A DNA stretch of 64,000 nt from an uncultured Desulfosarcina sp. (lineage in GTDB: Bacteria > Desulfobacterota > Desulfobacteria > Desulfobacterales > Desulfosarcinaceae). The stretch spans positions 352,001-416,000 of the forward strand of contig CAXXWQ010000003.1 in assembly GCA_963674945.2 (NCBI GenBank), written 5' to 3'. Positions within the stretch are counted from its first letter, which is position 1. Every line of letters begins with the position of its first letter. The notes beneath the pieces were generated by a model that made no database searches, had not been told where the DNA came from, and saw only the letters and a list, made by a program, of their open reading frames with translations. The position numbers and the translations under genes were made by a program. Shown here one piece after another: positions 50,209-58,933 of the stretch.

Positions 50209-50606
50209 CAGTTACCTCCCACCGTGAACGTTGTAAAAGAACCACGGATCGTCCATTCCCTCTCTCCCGCCTCTTTGCCGTACTCGCTGTCCGCCGGCTT
50301 CACAACGGTCCCTTGGGGCATGACGTGCAAAGAGTTCCCGTTGTTGTCCTTGATGATGCAGGAAAACAGCGCGTCGGAAAGACTGTAGCCGGAAAGGGTT
50401 GCGTTGTCCTGGGACGTCTGCGGCGTCGTGATGGTGATGGCGCCGAGCGTGTTGAGGTTTTTCGTCCGCGTCGGCTCGCCGGTCGTCCCGGAAGAAAAGG
50501 ACCAGGCGTCCTCATCCCGCTTGGCGGAAACCTTGTTCCAGCTTTTGATGATGCTTCCCCCGACGATCAGGCTCACCTGGTCGGGGTCGTACGTTTTCAT
50601 CTCCAT
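50208..50606 (-). CDS. Tail tube protein (DUF3277-like)
   Basis: TYDP.QVSLIVGG, QTS..N..L, YGKEA..REW. Confidence 0.85.
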   Translation of the reverse strand: MEMKTYDPDQVSLIVGGSIIKSWNKVSAKRDEDAWSFSSGTTGEPTRTKNLNTLGAITITTPQTSQDNATLSGYSLSDALFSCIIKDNNGNSLHVMPQGTVVKPADSEYGKEAGEREWTIRGSFTTFTVGGN

Positions 50607-50622
50607 GATTTCATCCTCCCGT

Positions 50623-50671
50623 CCTATCGCCTATGGCCCATAGCCTATCGCCTATGACCGATGGCCCATAG
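50623..50671. repeat. Seven tandem heptanucleotide repeats
   Basis: cctatcg cctatgg cccatag cctatcg cctatga ccgatgg cccatag, between the sheath and tube genes. Confidence 0.85.
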
Positions 50672-50677
50672 CCAGTC

Positions 50678-51718
50678 CTACAACGTCAGCCTGCCGGAAA
50701 TACTCAACTTGTGGATCGCTTCGGCGATTTTGGCGGAAAATTCCACGCCGCTTAGATACCGCTGGGCCTTTTGCGCCGGATCGACCGAATCGATATCCGG
50801 CATGGTGATGGAAATGGTGCCGTCGGCGAGAAAGCCGACATCCACACCCTTTTGCAGCCGGTACCGGATCTGGTTTTCGATCACACAAAAGCCGTGTACG
50901 GTAAACGGGATCTTGTCCGCGTTGATCAGTTCCAGGAAAATACCCTCGGCGATGCGCGCTTTGAGCCAGTCGCACCCGCGAATGGTGTCGATATACTCGC
51001 CGGAGGCCATCACCGCATCGCCTGAAATTGTGTTTTTGCCGGCAATGGTTTCGTAGAAGTTGGCGTTTTTGCTCCCCAGGTTGTCCACGGCCGTGTCCGT
51101 CAAATCGTCGGGGGTGATCCCGGAAAGGCTCTTGTACTTCCACGTGATGCTGCCCGGATCCTCGGGAAGGCATCGGCCCAGCCACGCCCCTTCCGGGTAT
51201 TTCGCATGATCCGCGCTGTACATGATCGCCGTGCGTTCGTAGCCGGCCGCCTTCAGCGTGGAGGCGATGTCCGACGTCGCGCTGGTGAGCATGTCCGCCT
51301 CTGCGATGCAGCCGATGAAGATCTTGTCCCTGGGCTCGATCCAGGCGGCCGCCGCGGCGATGTCCGCGATCTGGTCCGCCTCGACCCCGTCCCGCGTCAG
51401 CATCAGCGCGTACCAGTCGCCGTACGCCTCCTGCATGGCGGACAGCTCGTCGCCGAGCGTTTCGGCCGTATCGAACCTGCCGATGACGATCTTCTCCGGG
51501 CTCACCTCCTGGCCGAACAGCGCGGCCGCCGCCTTCCACTGCTCGGTCGTCGTTTCGAAATCCTCCTCCACGGCCTCGATGGAGCCGTACACCCGGTACC
51601 GGTCGGCAAATTCCGTAAGCGGCCCGAAGACCAGCGGCGTACCGAACCCGGCCTGGGTGATCTTGGCCGTCTCTCTCGTGATGTTGACGACAACGATGTC
51701 ACTGATTTGCGTTCCCAT
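50678..51718 (-). CDS. Contractile tail sheath protein (DUF3383-like)
   Basis: ISDIVVVNI, GSITWKYK.L.G, G.YID..RG.DWL, KIPFT..G. Confidence 0.88.
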   Translation of the reverse strand: MGTQISDIVVVNITRETAKITQAGFGTPLVFGPLTEFADRYRVYGSIEAVEEDFETTTEQWKAAAALFGQEVSPEKIVIGRFDTAETLGDELSAMQEAYGDWYALMLTRDGVEADQIADIAAAAAWIEPRDKIFIGCIAEADMLTSATSDIASTLKAAGYERTAIMYSADHAKYPEGAWLGRCLPEDPGSITWKYKSLSGITPDDLTDTAVDNLGSKNANFYETIAGKNTISGDAVMASGEYIDTIRGCDWLKARIAEGIFLELINADKIPFTVHGFCVIENQIRYRLQKGVDVGFLADGTISITMPDIDSVDPAQKAQRYLSGVEFSAKIAEAIHKLSISGRLTL

Positions 51719-51722
51719 GTTC

Positions 51723-52235
51723 TCACTCCGAATCGATGGTTATGGTTTGGCCGCAAACGGCGCTGGTGATGCCGACCTTGCGGATCTCTCCCGGGGCGTC
51801 CGTCATCTGGTCCGCCCAGGCGATGAAGATGTCGATCACGGCGCGACCCTCGTGCTTTGTGTCCATCAACGCCGTGATATCCGTCGGCGGTTCGTTGCCC
51901 CACACGGCGAATCCGGCCTGGCGCAGCCGGGCCTGATGGGTGGGAAGAAAAAGGGCGTTTTCGATGGCCGCTGCCATGACCAGGGCGTTTTCTCCGAATG
52001 TTGAGATGCTCAGCGTCGCCCGCTTTCTCATCGGGTAGGCGTACGTGTCCTCCGACTCGTAGCGCTCCTCGGGTGTTCCGGTGGACCTCGGTCCCGCAAT
52101 GATGTCCAGTGTCGCAAACGGGATGTGCGGCCGCTTGCCGTCCTCGTGCTCCCAGATCACGCTCACGCCGGTGAGGATCTCCTGTATCCAGGCGTGCAGT
52201 CCGTTCTCCTGTGTGGTGGTCAGTCGCTGCATCAC
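51723..52235 (-). CDS. Neck / tail terminator protein
   Basis: VIW......RP..P.AT; located before the sheath gene. Confidence 0.7.
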   Translation of the reverse strand: MMQRLTTTQENGLHAWIQEILTGVSVIWEHEDGKRPHIPFATLDIIAGPRSTGTPEERYESEDTYAYPMRKRATLSISTFGENALVMAAAIENALFLPTHQARLRQAGFAVWGNEPPTDITALMDTKHEGRAVIDIFIAWADQMTDAPGEIRKVGITSAVCGQTITIDSE

Positions 52236-52552
52236 TGTTCCTCGATGCGCATCAAGATCGCCTTGAAATGAGGCAAAGAAAACGCCGTCCAGTCGGACAC
52301 CGCCTGCGCCTCGAAACGAAGGCCGCTCGCCCGGGTCACCACATCGCCGTTTTGCAGCGCGAACGCCGTATAGATCTTAAGCTGCGCGTGCTCCCGGTCG
52401 CCTTCGGGCAGTTTCTGCAAGTCGGTTCCGGACAGCGGCTGGATGTTCCCGGCGGCGTCGTAATTCGTCGGGTCCCCGGCAATCCACCGGCCGCTTACAT
52501 AGCTGCCCGCGGCGGTTCTGGTCACGGTGATGGGTTCGACGGCAAGATTCAT
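52232..52552 (-). CDS. Head closure protein
   Basis: G.YV.GRW, IQPLSG.DL..LPEG.R. Confidence 0.75.
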   Translation of the reverse strand: MNLAVEPITVTRTAAGSYVSGRWIAGDPTNYDAAGNIQPLSGTDLQKLPEGDREHAQLKIYTAFALQNGDVVTRASGLRFEAQAVSDWTAFSLPHFKAILMRIEEQ

Positions 52553-53022
52553 GTTTTCACCTGGTGGGTGATGGATTGACGAAGCCGGCCCTCATCGTTC
52601 AACGGTTTCGGTTCGGTACGACCGCGTTTGATCTTGGCCGCCTTGACCGACGCGGCATTTTCCACATACGGCTCGCCGCCGGCCCGGATCTTTGCCTGCA
52701 CCTTGCCCACGAACCAGATGCCGATCCGGTTGAGAAAGGTTTCCTGCTTTACTTTTCCGGTCACGATGTCGACCTTGGCCTTGTCCACCGCCCTTTCGAT
52801 CGTCTCTTCTTCCTCGTCCAGCGTCGACCGCAAAAAAGAGCGTTTCGGGATCATCACGTTCCGGCTCTTCCCGGCCTTGTCCGTTCCGAACTCATGGGCT
52901 CCGGCGATGATCACCATCTCCGCGTCCTCTTCGCCGAACACACCCACATCCACGCGGCCGTGAAGTTTTTTCACCCGGTCGACGAAATCGTCCATGCCGC
53001 TATCGATGATCGTCACACTCAT
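52549..53022 (-). CDS. Neck / tail-completion protein (virion morphogenesis family)
   Basis: HEFGT, IPKRSFLRST, PL.D.G.LRQSIT. Confidence 0.8.
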   Translation of the reverse strand: MSVTIIDSGMDDFVDRVKKLHGRVDVGVFGEEDAEMVIIAGAHEFGTDKAGKSRNVMIPKRSFLRSTLDEEEETIERAVDKAKVDIVTGKVKQETFLNRIGIWFVGKVQAKIRAGGEPYVENAASVKAAKIKRGRTEPKPLNDEGRLRQSITHQVKT

Positions 53023-53041
53023 TAGGCTATTCCTCTTCCAG

Positions 53042-53164
53042 CCGGGTTCGTAAAACGCCCGAGATCAAGGCTTGCGAACCCAGAGGAGCGAGTCGTACAA
53101 GTAGTACGTCGCAGCGACGAGGGGTGAAGCGTAACGCCGATATCGGGTGCTTTTACGAATCCGG
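53042..53164. repeat. 123-bp nested palindromic element (REP/MITE-like)
   Basis: CCGGGTTCGTAAAACGCCCGAGATC ... GATATCGGGTGCTTTTACGAATCCGG with an inner GCGA..CGTAC/GTACG.TCGC stem. Confidence 0.8.
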
Positions 53165-53167
53165 AAC

Positions 53168-53515
53168 TCATGGTGTCACCATCATAAATCCGGAAATGGT
53201 GCTTTTCTTAAGCCGTTTGAACTCCCTGCCGTACTTGGTTTCGGAAAGGCCGTCCGCACTGGCATCTCCTGCCGCGTATGTCGTGGAAACATCGCCGACC
53301 TTTTCCGAGACCACTGTCCCGCCCGAAGACGACTTGGCGATCACGGCCAGCTTGTGCGCGACCAGATACCGCTGGGCCATCTCCTGTTTTTCTCCCCAGG
53401 CGGCCGCGGTGATCATGAGCGCTGCATCGGCCAAAACGATGTCCCAGGCGTCCTGGGACACGTCGGCCAGTTCCGGGGCGATGGCCAGCACATTGGCCTG
53501 GGTGGTGTCCGCCAT
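53168..53515 (-). CDS. Head-tail adaptor (DUF4054-like)
   Basis: APEL, YLVAH.L, SEKVGDVS..Y, TKYGREF. Confidence 0.8.
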   Translation of the reverse strand: MADTTQANVLAIAPELADVSQDAWDIVLADAALMITAAAWGEKQEMAQRYLVAHKLAVIAKSSSGGTVVSEKVGDVSTTYAAGDASADGLSETKYGREFKRLKKSTISGFMMVTP

Positions 53516-53914
53516 TTACTCTTTCTCCGCCTTCTTCTTCTCGATCTCGGCGATGGCCTCGGCCTGCTTTTCGATGGCTGCCAGTACTGTCTTTCGCTGT
53601 TCTCCGGACTCTTCGAATGTTCGGTATTCGGAAAGCTTGTCCGCATCGATGGTGCCTTCGATCAGGTCGATGAACTCTTTTGCGTTGAGCTCTTCCACCT
53701 TCACGGTTTTTGTGGTTTCGGTAGGTCCGCCGACCGGAATCAGAAAATTGCCGTAGTGGGCGTCCCATGCCTCTTCTCCGGCCTCTTTCATGACCGCTTC
53801 CAAAATATCCGGATCGATGTTGTTGTTGCCCGGCACAAACGAAAACGTGCCGGTGGATTTGCCCTGTTTCCAGGGCAGGTGGGTAAGGGTCGGGCTCTTG
53901 TTGATGACAATCAT
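53516..53914 (-). CDS. Hypothetical head-region protein
   Basis: MIVINKS...PG.N; C-terminal E...EQRKTVLAAIEK; GAGGAG RBS. Confidence 0.7.
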   Translation of the reverse strand: MIVINKSPTLTHLPWKQGKSTGTFSFVPGNNNIDPDILEAVMKEAGEEAWDAHYGNFLIPVGGPTETTKTVKVEELNAKEFIDLIEGTIDADKLSEYRTFEESGEQRKTVLAAIEKQAEAIAEIEKKKAEKE

Positions 53915-53948
53915 TGAAAGACTCCTCGTTGATGGTTGAAAAGGCGGA

Positions 53949-54902
53949 TCAGATGCCGGTGAAGAACAAAAACGCCAGCGGGTACCGCACAACAACGCCG
54001 CCGATGCGCGACTCGCCGGGCACGATCATCTCCAGCCCCTTTTCCTGGGCCGGATAGATCGTAAGCTCCATGGGAACGCGAAGCTCGAAGTTCTCACGGG
54101 ATTTTTCGTACAGCACCATGCCGTCCTTAGTTCCGGATACGAACGCATTGTCCAGCTCGCCGTACATGGGCTCGATGGTCTTGATGCCGTACTTGTCGGA
54201 TTTGGAAAGAAGGAATTCCAAAATGGTTTTATCGCTGTTGTCGCTTCTCGGCGTACCGGCGATCAGGTCGTACTGCGCATTGGGCAGCAATGCCGTGTCG
54301 GCCTGGTGAATGCCCTTGGACTGGGTGCGCACCTTGGACGTGGCCAGGTAAAAATCCTTGATGATCTCGTCCGGCGTCTTGCTGGCCCAGTCCGGCGTCC
54401 CGGCATCGCCGTTGCCGGCCGCCAAGGTCGGGATGTTGGTGTTGCTCAAAAATCCGGGAATGCCGCTTGCGGCATGCCCGTTCCATGCGATCGCACTTTC
54501 CCGCTCGCGAACGGACCGCCGTTGGGCCGCCGCCTTTTCGGTCTCCAGGCCCACGCCGGCCATCATGGCGGCACGGATCTCCTGGCGGCTGTATCCCACC
54601 GCGCAGCCGATCGAGCGCACCGGGTGAGAATAGGATTTGCCGTACACGTCGGCACGGGGCAGATCCTGGCTGTAGTCGGCGATGATCTTGGCCATGCCGA
54701 TCCGCTCGTACATGATGTAGGTGATGGTCTCCGCGCCGGAGTTGTCCCGGTTGGAAACGGGGATCAGGTTGCGGTATTTTAGTTCCCGCTCCTTGAACCG
54801 GTAAATCTCCGCCTCCACCGCCTCGAGCTGGCGCGACGTGAACAGCGCGGCGTTCTGGTCGATGGCGTCGAGAAATACTCTTACTGCGTCGATTCGAATC
54901 AT
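53949..54902 (-). CDS. Major capsid protein (DUF2184-like, HK97 fold)
   Basis: F..RQLE.VE..IY, G.AKIIA, DLP..D, GGVVVRYP.A. Confidence 0.9.
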   Translation of the reverse strand: MIRIDAVRVFLDAIDQNAALFTSRQLEAVEAEIYRFKERELKYRNLIPVSNRDNSGAETITYIMYERIGMAKIIADYSQDLPRADVYGKSYSHPVRSIGCAVGYSRQEIRAAMMAGVGLETEKAAAQRRSVRERESAIAWNGHAASGIPGFLSNTNIPTLAAGNGDAGTPDWASKTPDEIIKDFYLATSKVRTQSKGIHQADTALLPNAQYDLIAGTPRSDNSDKTILEFLLSKSDKYGIKTIEPMYGELDNAFVSGTKDGMVLYEKSRENFELRVPMELTIYPAQEKGLEMIVPGESRIGGVVVRYPLAFLFFTGI

Positions 54903-54978
54903 GATGGACTCCTCTTAAAAGGGGTTTTTTTACTGTTGCTGCGGATATCGGGCAAATTGGCCATTTCCGGTCGGATAC

Positions 54979-55455
54979 TTAGGTCAAGTTGAGATCCAGC
55001 AGCGCCACCTCTCCCGCCTCCGCGTCGGTGACAAACTTGGCATTGGGCAGGGCAACGGCGTCGGTGCCGTCGGCATCGCTGCGAAAGGCGCCAAGCTGCT
55101 CCGCCCCTTCGGCGACGAACCGGACGAAGGCCGCGCTCTCCGCTTCCACCGCGTCCTCCACCGGCACCCATACGCGCCCCTTTTTTACCACCGGCATCAC
55201 ATCCTTGTCCGCATACCCCTCGTCCTGGGGTTGGGTATGGCTGCGTGCGACAACGCCGAGGCCGACCAGGCCGGTCACCTCACCTGTGGCGTCAGGCAGT
55301 ACGGCAAGACCTTCGCCGCTGCCCTTGGTGACGAACGAACCGAAGGGGATGATGTCGCCTTGCTCGTTGGCGTACGTCAAAACGTCGGATTTGCCGATGT
55401 CGGCGATCTGCCCGGCAAGGCCGACTTCCATGTTCTCTCTGACTGAAGTCTGCAT
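54979..55455 (-). CDS. Head decoration / cement protein
   Basis: G.AGQIAD, IPFG, KGRVWV; located between protease and capsid genes. Confidence 0.75.
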   Translation of the reverse strand: MQTSVRENMEVGLAGQIADIGKSDVLTYANEQGDIIPFGSFVTKGSGEGLAVLPDATGEVTGLVGLGVVARSHTQPQDEGYADKDVMPVVKKGRVWVPVEDAVEAESAAFVRFVAEGAEQLGAFRSDADGTDAVALPNAKFVTDAEAGEVALLDLNLT

Positions 55456-55515
55456 AATATTCTCCCTGGTTTGAAAAGCGGTTGCGTCAGGCGATCTTCA
55501 CGGCGCTATACGGCG

Positions 55516-56676
55516 CTATGAATCTGCGCCGTCAAACAGCGCGTTGGATTTTTCGATGAATTCGGCCCGGTGATCGGTCTTGGTCTCGGTCTTCTTGGCG
55601 TCTGCGATAAACGTGGCCAGACCGTTTTGGGCGCCCTCTTTTTTGGCGGCGTCGAGGATTTCGACAACGGCGTCGAACCGGGCGTTGATGTATTCGTCGG
55701 ATTTTCCGTCGGCAGTAAAATCCGGCGCCTGCTTTTGGATCACGGCCACCTTGACCGCCTTGTTGTCCAGGCCGTCGGTCTTGATCTCCAGGCTGCCGGC
55801 CACGTCCTCCAGGGCCTTGCGATCGGCGATGATGGCCTGGATCTTCTCGCCGGAAGGATCGCTCAGGGCCTCCACATCAGCTTTCAGCTTTGCGCTTTCC
55901 GCTTCCAACGTGTCGACCTTTGCCTGGGCTTCATCGGATTTTCTCGTCATCGCAACGATCCTGGCGGCCTGCGTTTTGATCACATCCACCGCCTCGTCGA
56001 GCTTGGCGGACATGCGGGACAAGACGCCCTGGGCGTCCTTGGGGACCTGCTCCTCGATGGCGTCCATCGAAAAACCGTCGATCTTCAGTGCTTTGCGGAT
56101 AAACGTAAACATGGGGTTTGCCTCCTTCTGGTCGAGTTGAAGTTTGATTTTCTCACCCGCCCGTCCCTGGGCCACGATGGCGACATGGTTGTAGCGGATG
56201 TTTTTCTGCACGGCGTCGTAATGCCCTTCGGTGGGATGCTCGCCGGATATGGGCGCAAGGTCGGCCCGGTACCCGCAGGACAGCTCCACGCCTTTGCCCC
56301 GGGCACGCATGTCCTGCACATATTCGATCACCGCCTTGTCCGTGATCTTCACCCGACACTTGACCACCTCGTCATCGTGGGTGATGTTCTCGCCGGTCAC
56401 ACCGACCTGAAGGCGGCGGATGTTGTCCGTGGTGACGATCTTTTCGCCCGGGTGCAAAAACGTAATGGGCTGCATGGCAAGAGAAGCCAGGGACTGGTCC
56501 GAAAACACCTCTTCCGGCGGCCGTAATTCCCGGATCAGGTTGCCGTCGGCATCGTGGTAGTCGAATACCCCGGTCCGTGTGGCGAACGCATCGCAGACCA
56601 GGTATCCTTCCGGCGTGATCTCGAAGGCGCCGTCGGCCCGGTCCAGGCGGATGGTAAACGTACGACTTTCTTTCAT
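55516..56676 (-). CDS. Prohead protease/scaffold (DUF2213-like)
   Basis: TPEGYL, RTGV..Y, ELSCGY, YDAVQ.NI.YNHVAIV..GRAG; coiled-coil C-terminus. Confidence 0.88.
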   Translation of the reverse strand: MKESRTFTIRLDRADGAFEITPEGYLVCDAFATRTGVFDYHDADGNLIRELRPPEEVFSDQSLASLAMQPITFLHPGEKIVTTDNIRRLQVGVTGENITHDDEVVKCRVKITDKAVIEYVQDMRARGKGVELSCGYRADLAPISGEHPTEGHYDAVQKNIRYNHVAIVAQGRAGEKIKLQLDQKEANPMFTFIRKALKIDGFSMDAIEEQVPKDAQGVLSRMSAKLDEAVDVIKTQAARIVAMTRKSDEAQAKVDTLEAESAKLKADVEALSDPSGEKIQAIIADRKALEDVAGSLEIKTDGLDNKAVKVAVIQKQAPDFTADGKSDEYINARFDAVVEILDAAKKEGAQNGLATFIADAKKTETKTDHRAEFIEKSNALFDGADS

Positions 56677-57572
56677 GCGGCTTTCTTCTCCTTGGCCTTG
56701 TACTCCATGAATTCGTCCAACACCGGCTCGGCCGTACACCGGCATTGAAAGTCCTCGCCCGGGTGTCCGGTATCCGGCGGATCATCCCATCGAAACCGCT
56801 TTCCGTTGTTGGCAAGGTGCGACGGCCGGTCCGCGCCGTCATTGGTCGATCGCCAGATGTACTCCTCCACGCCGGCCTCTGTCTGGCGAAGCTCTGTCAG
56901 TTTGCCGTTGAGGCTGCTCACCTGGTCCCGGGCGATGAACCGTGCCCGGCTTTTGGTCGTATCCAGCTTTTTTTGAATGGCCTTTTCCAGGGCCCGGACG
57001 CTGTCACCGGCCTCCACCCGGGCCATGATCATCACCTGCAGGTCCCTGGCCGCCTTGTCCGTGATATCCTTGATCAGGCCGACGTTATTGAAAACGAACG
57101 CCTCGATCTTGGGCCGCAGCCATTTCTCCTGGCGAAGCACCGGGATGCCGAGCACGGACGAGAACTGCCCGTCCACCTGCCCCTTGTTGAAATCCGATGT
57201 GCGGGTGGCGAACCGCCCGGCAGCTTCCCGGATGTCCTCGTCCGTTACCCGGGCCGCCACGTTCAAACGGATGCCGTCGAATACCTTGCCGATCATCTCG
57301 CCGTATCCGTCTTCTTTTTGTGAAAACATGGCATCGGCTTTTAAGTCCTCGTTTCTCGCCGAAACGATTTCTCCGAGCACCGGCACCAGCGATTTTTTGA
57401 TCTGATCGAAAAATGGTTCCGTCAGGCGCAACAGTTCCGCCCTGTAGGACCTCTCGATGGCCGTCGGGTGCAATTGCGCCCGCGGGCGCCGTTTTCTCGG
57501 CAACCGCCGGCCGGCGGCCTTCATCATTTCTCGCCGGGCCCGGATGGCGGCCTGTTTGTCGGCAGGCGTCAT
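56673..57572 (-). CDS. Minor head protein (SPP1 gp7 / Mu F-like)
   Basis: RARFIARDQ, Y.W....D...R.SH, HPG....CRC. Confidence 0.9.
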   Translation of the reverse strand: MTPADKQAAIRARREMMKAAGRRLPRKRRPRAQLHPTAIERSYRAELLRLTEPFFDQIKKSLVPVLGEIVSARNEDLKADAMFSQKEDGYGEMIGKVFDGIRLNVAARVTDEDIREAAGRFATRTSDFNKGQVDGQFSSVLGIPVLRQEKWLRPKIEAFVFNNVGLIKDITDKAARDLQVMIMARVEAGDSVRALEKAIQKKLDTTKSRARFIARDQVSSLNGKLTELRQTEAGVEEYIWRSTNDGADRPSHLANNGKRFRWDDPPDTGHPGEDFQCRCTAEPVLDEFMEYKAKEKKAA

Positions 57573-58933
57573 TCCATTTCCTCCGTTTCCATGTCGGCGC
57601 CCTCGTTATCCGAGGGATTTTCCCGCCCTTCCAGCTCGATGACAGTCTCCATGCTGTACCCGTCCGGCCCGAACCGGTTGATGGCAACCTCTTCGGGCGT
57701 CAGCACCTGGTTGGTGATGTAGATCGCATCCGTCTCGGCCACCGTCTTTCGCGTATCGGCAAGCTCCTTTTCCGTGGACTGCCACAGCGGCGCGAAAGAA
57801 AAGGACCAGTCGCCGCCGGCTTTGCCATGTTCTGCCAGGATCAGCTCGATGACGCGCGTCAACGGATAGCGGATGTGCTTTTGCTGATACGCCTTGACCC
57901 GGTCGTAGTAGTTACGGGTCGTCTCGTCAGCACCGGACAGGGTTCCCAATTGCTGCCCGAAAAGCCGGGTCTTCGGAATATCCGAAGCGGCGGACATCAG
58001 GTCCATGTACTTGTCCATCAGCTCGACCAGGCCGGTGATGGGGTTCTGAACCTTTGTAAACTCCTCGTCCGATCCGATCAGGGCAAGGCCGATGGAGGAC
58101 ATCCCCGCGGCGGCGTACTGCATGCGCGCAAACAGCGTCGCCTCTTCGCCGCTTGCGATCAGCTCGGCCAGGTTCGGGATCTTGAGCGTCTTGGTAATGA
58201 AATCCTGAAACAGCACGGCGCCGGACTGGATACTGGTTCCGAACTGCTTGAGCTGCTCGTTGATGGCAACGAACACCGAATCGTGCCAGCCCTGGTTTTG
58301 CAGCCGTTGCCGGTCCGGCAGCCAGCTTCCGTTGAACCGGATCAAGCGCGATTCGTGGATGACGGCGCCGGAGCTCACCTGTGCGGCATTGGCCGCGTTG
58401 ATCCGGTAGGTCTCCGGCATCCCGAAATTGGGTTTCATGGGGTCGTCATAGGTTTTTGCCGGCGTGATCTGCCACCGGTCCAGCACCGTCAAAGACTGCA
58501 ATCCCTTCACGCGCGATGCGCCCAAGGGCTCTTCCGGGTTCCCACCGTCCGTGGTTCCAAGGATGACCGTCGATCCGCCATAAAGCCGGGACAGCCGCAA
58601 CGCCTCTTCGAACACCGGCCAGACGTTGATCTCCTCCATTCTCAGGTTGACTCGCTGCCCTTCCTCCGGGTCCTCGATGGAAAGGTTGATCCGCTGCCGG
58701 CATGCGTCTTCGGGAAGTGCGTTGACGATCCGGCGTGGCAGCCAGAAATACCGGTACATCTCCTCCAGCTCGGTCTGGCTCGGCACGATGCCGCCGACAA
58801 ACTCGGTCCGCCGCATGGGGTCTTTCGGCCCGCCGAACCCGGAAAAGGCGTTCACGTACATGTCCGTGCGCGTATGGGTGGGCTTTCCGCTGCGGGCCTC
58901 GAAGGCGGCCAGTTTTTGGGAAAGGTCCGTCAT
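57569..58933 (-). CDS. Portal protein (DUF1073-like)
   Basis: SRLYGG, IHESRLIRF.G, IP.TRLFG, NYYD.V...Q, F.PLW. Confidence 0.88.
   Translation of the reverse strand: MTDLSQKLAAFEARSGKPTHTRTDMYVNAFSGFGGPKDPMRRTEFVGGIVPSQTELEEMYRYFWLPRRIVNALPEDACRQRINLSIEDPEEGQRVNLRMEEINVWPVFEEALRLSRLYGGSTVILGTTDGGNPEEPLGASRVKGLQSLTVLDRWQITPAKTYDDPMKPNFGMPETYRINAANAAQVSSGAVIHESRLIRFNGSWLPDRQRLQNQGWHDSVFVAINEQLKQFGTSIQSGAVLFQDFITKTLKIPNLAELIASGEEATLFARMQYAAAGMSSIGLALIGSDEEFTKVQNPITGLVELMDKYMDLMSAASDIPKTRLFGQQLGTLSGADETTRNYYDRVKAYQQKHIRYPLTRVIELILAEHGKAGGDWSFSFAPLWQSTEKELADTRKTVAETDAIYITNQVLTPEEVAINRFGPDGYSMETVIELEGRENPSDNEGADMETEEME

Noticed and set aside
50623..50671. Mini-CRISPR
   Set aside because: The units are 7-bp tandem repeats with no spacers.
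43101..52235. Tailocin / extracellular contractile injection system
   Set aside because: Head and DNA-packaging genes are present and contiguous.
53949..54902. Encapsulin nanocompartment interpretation of the capsid gene
   Set aside because: It lies in a complete terminase-portal-protease-tail operon.
57569..58933. Possible anti-CBASS Acb1 label for the DUF1073-like protein
   Set aside because: Position and size fit a portal protein, and no fused 2H-phosphoesterase (HxT/S) domain is evident.
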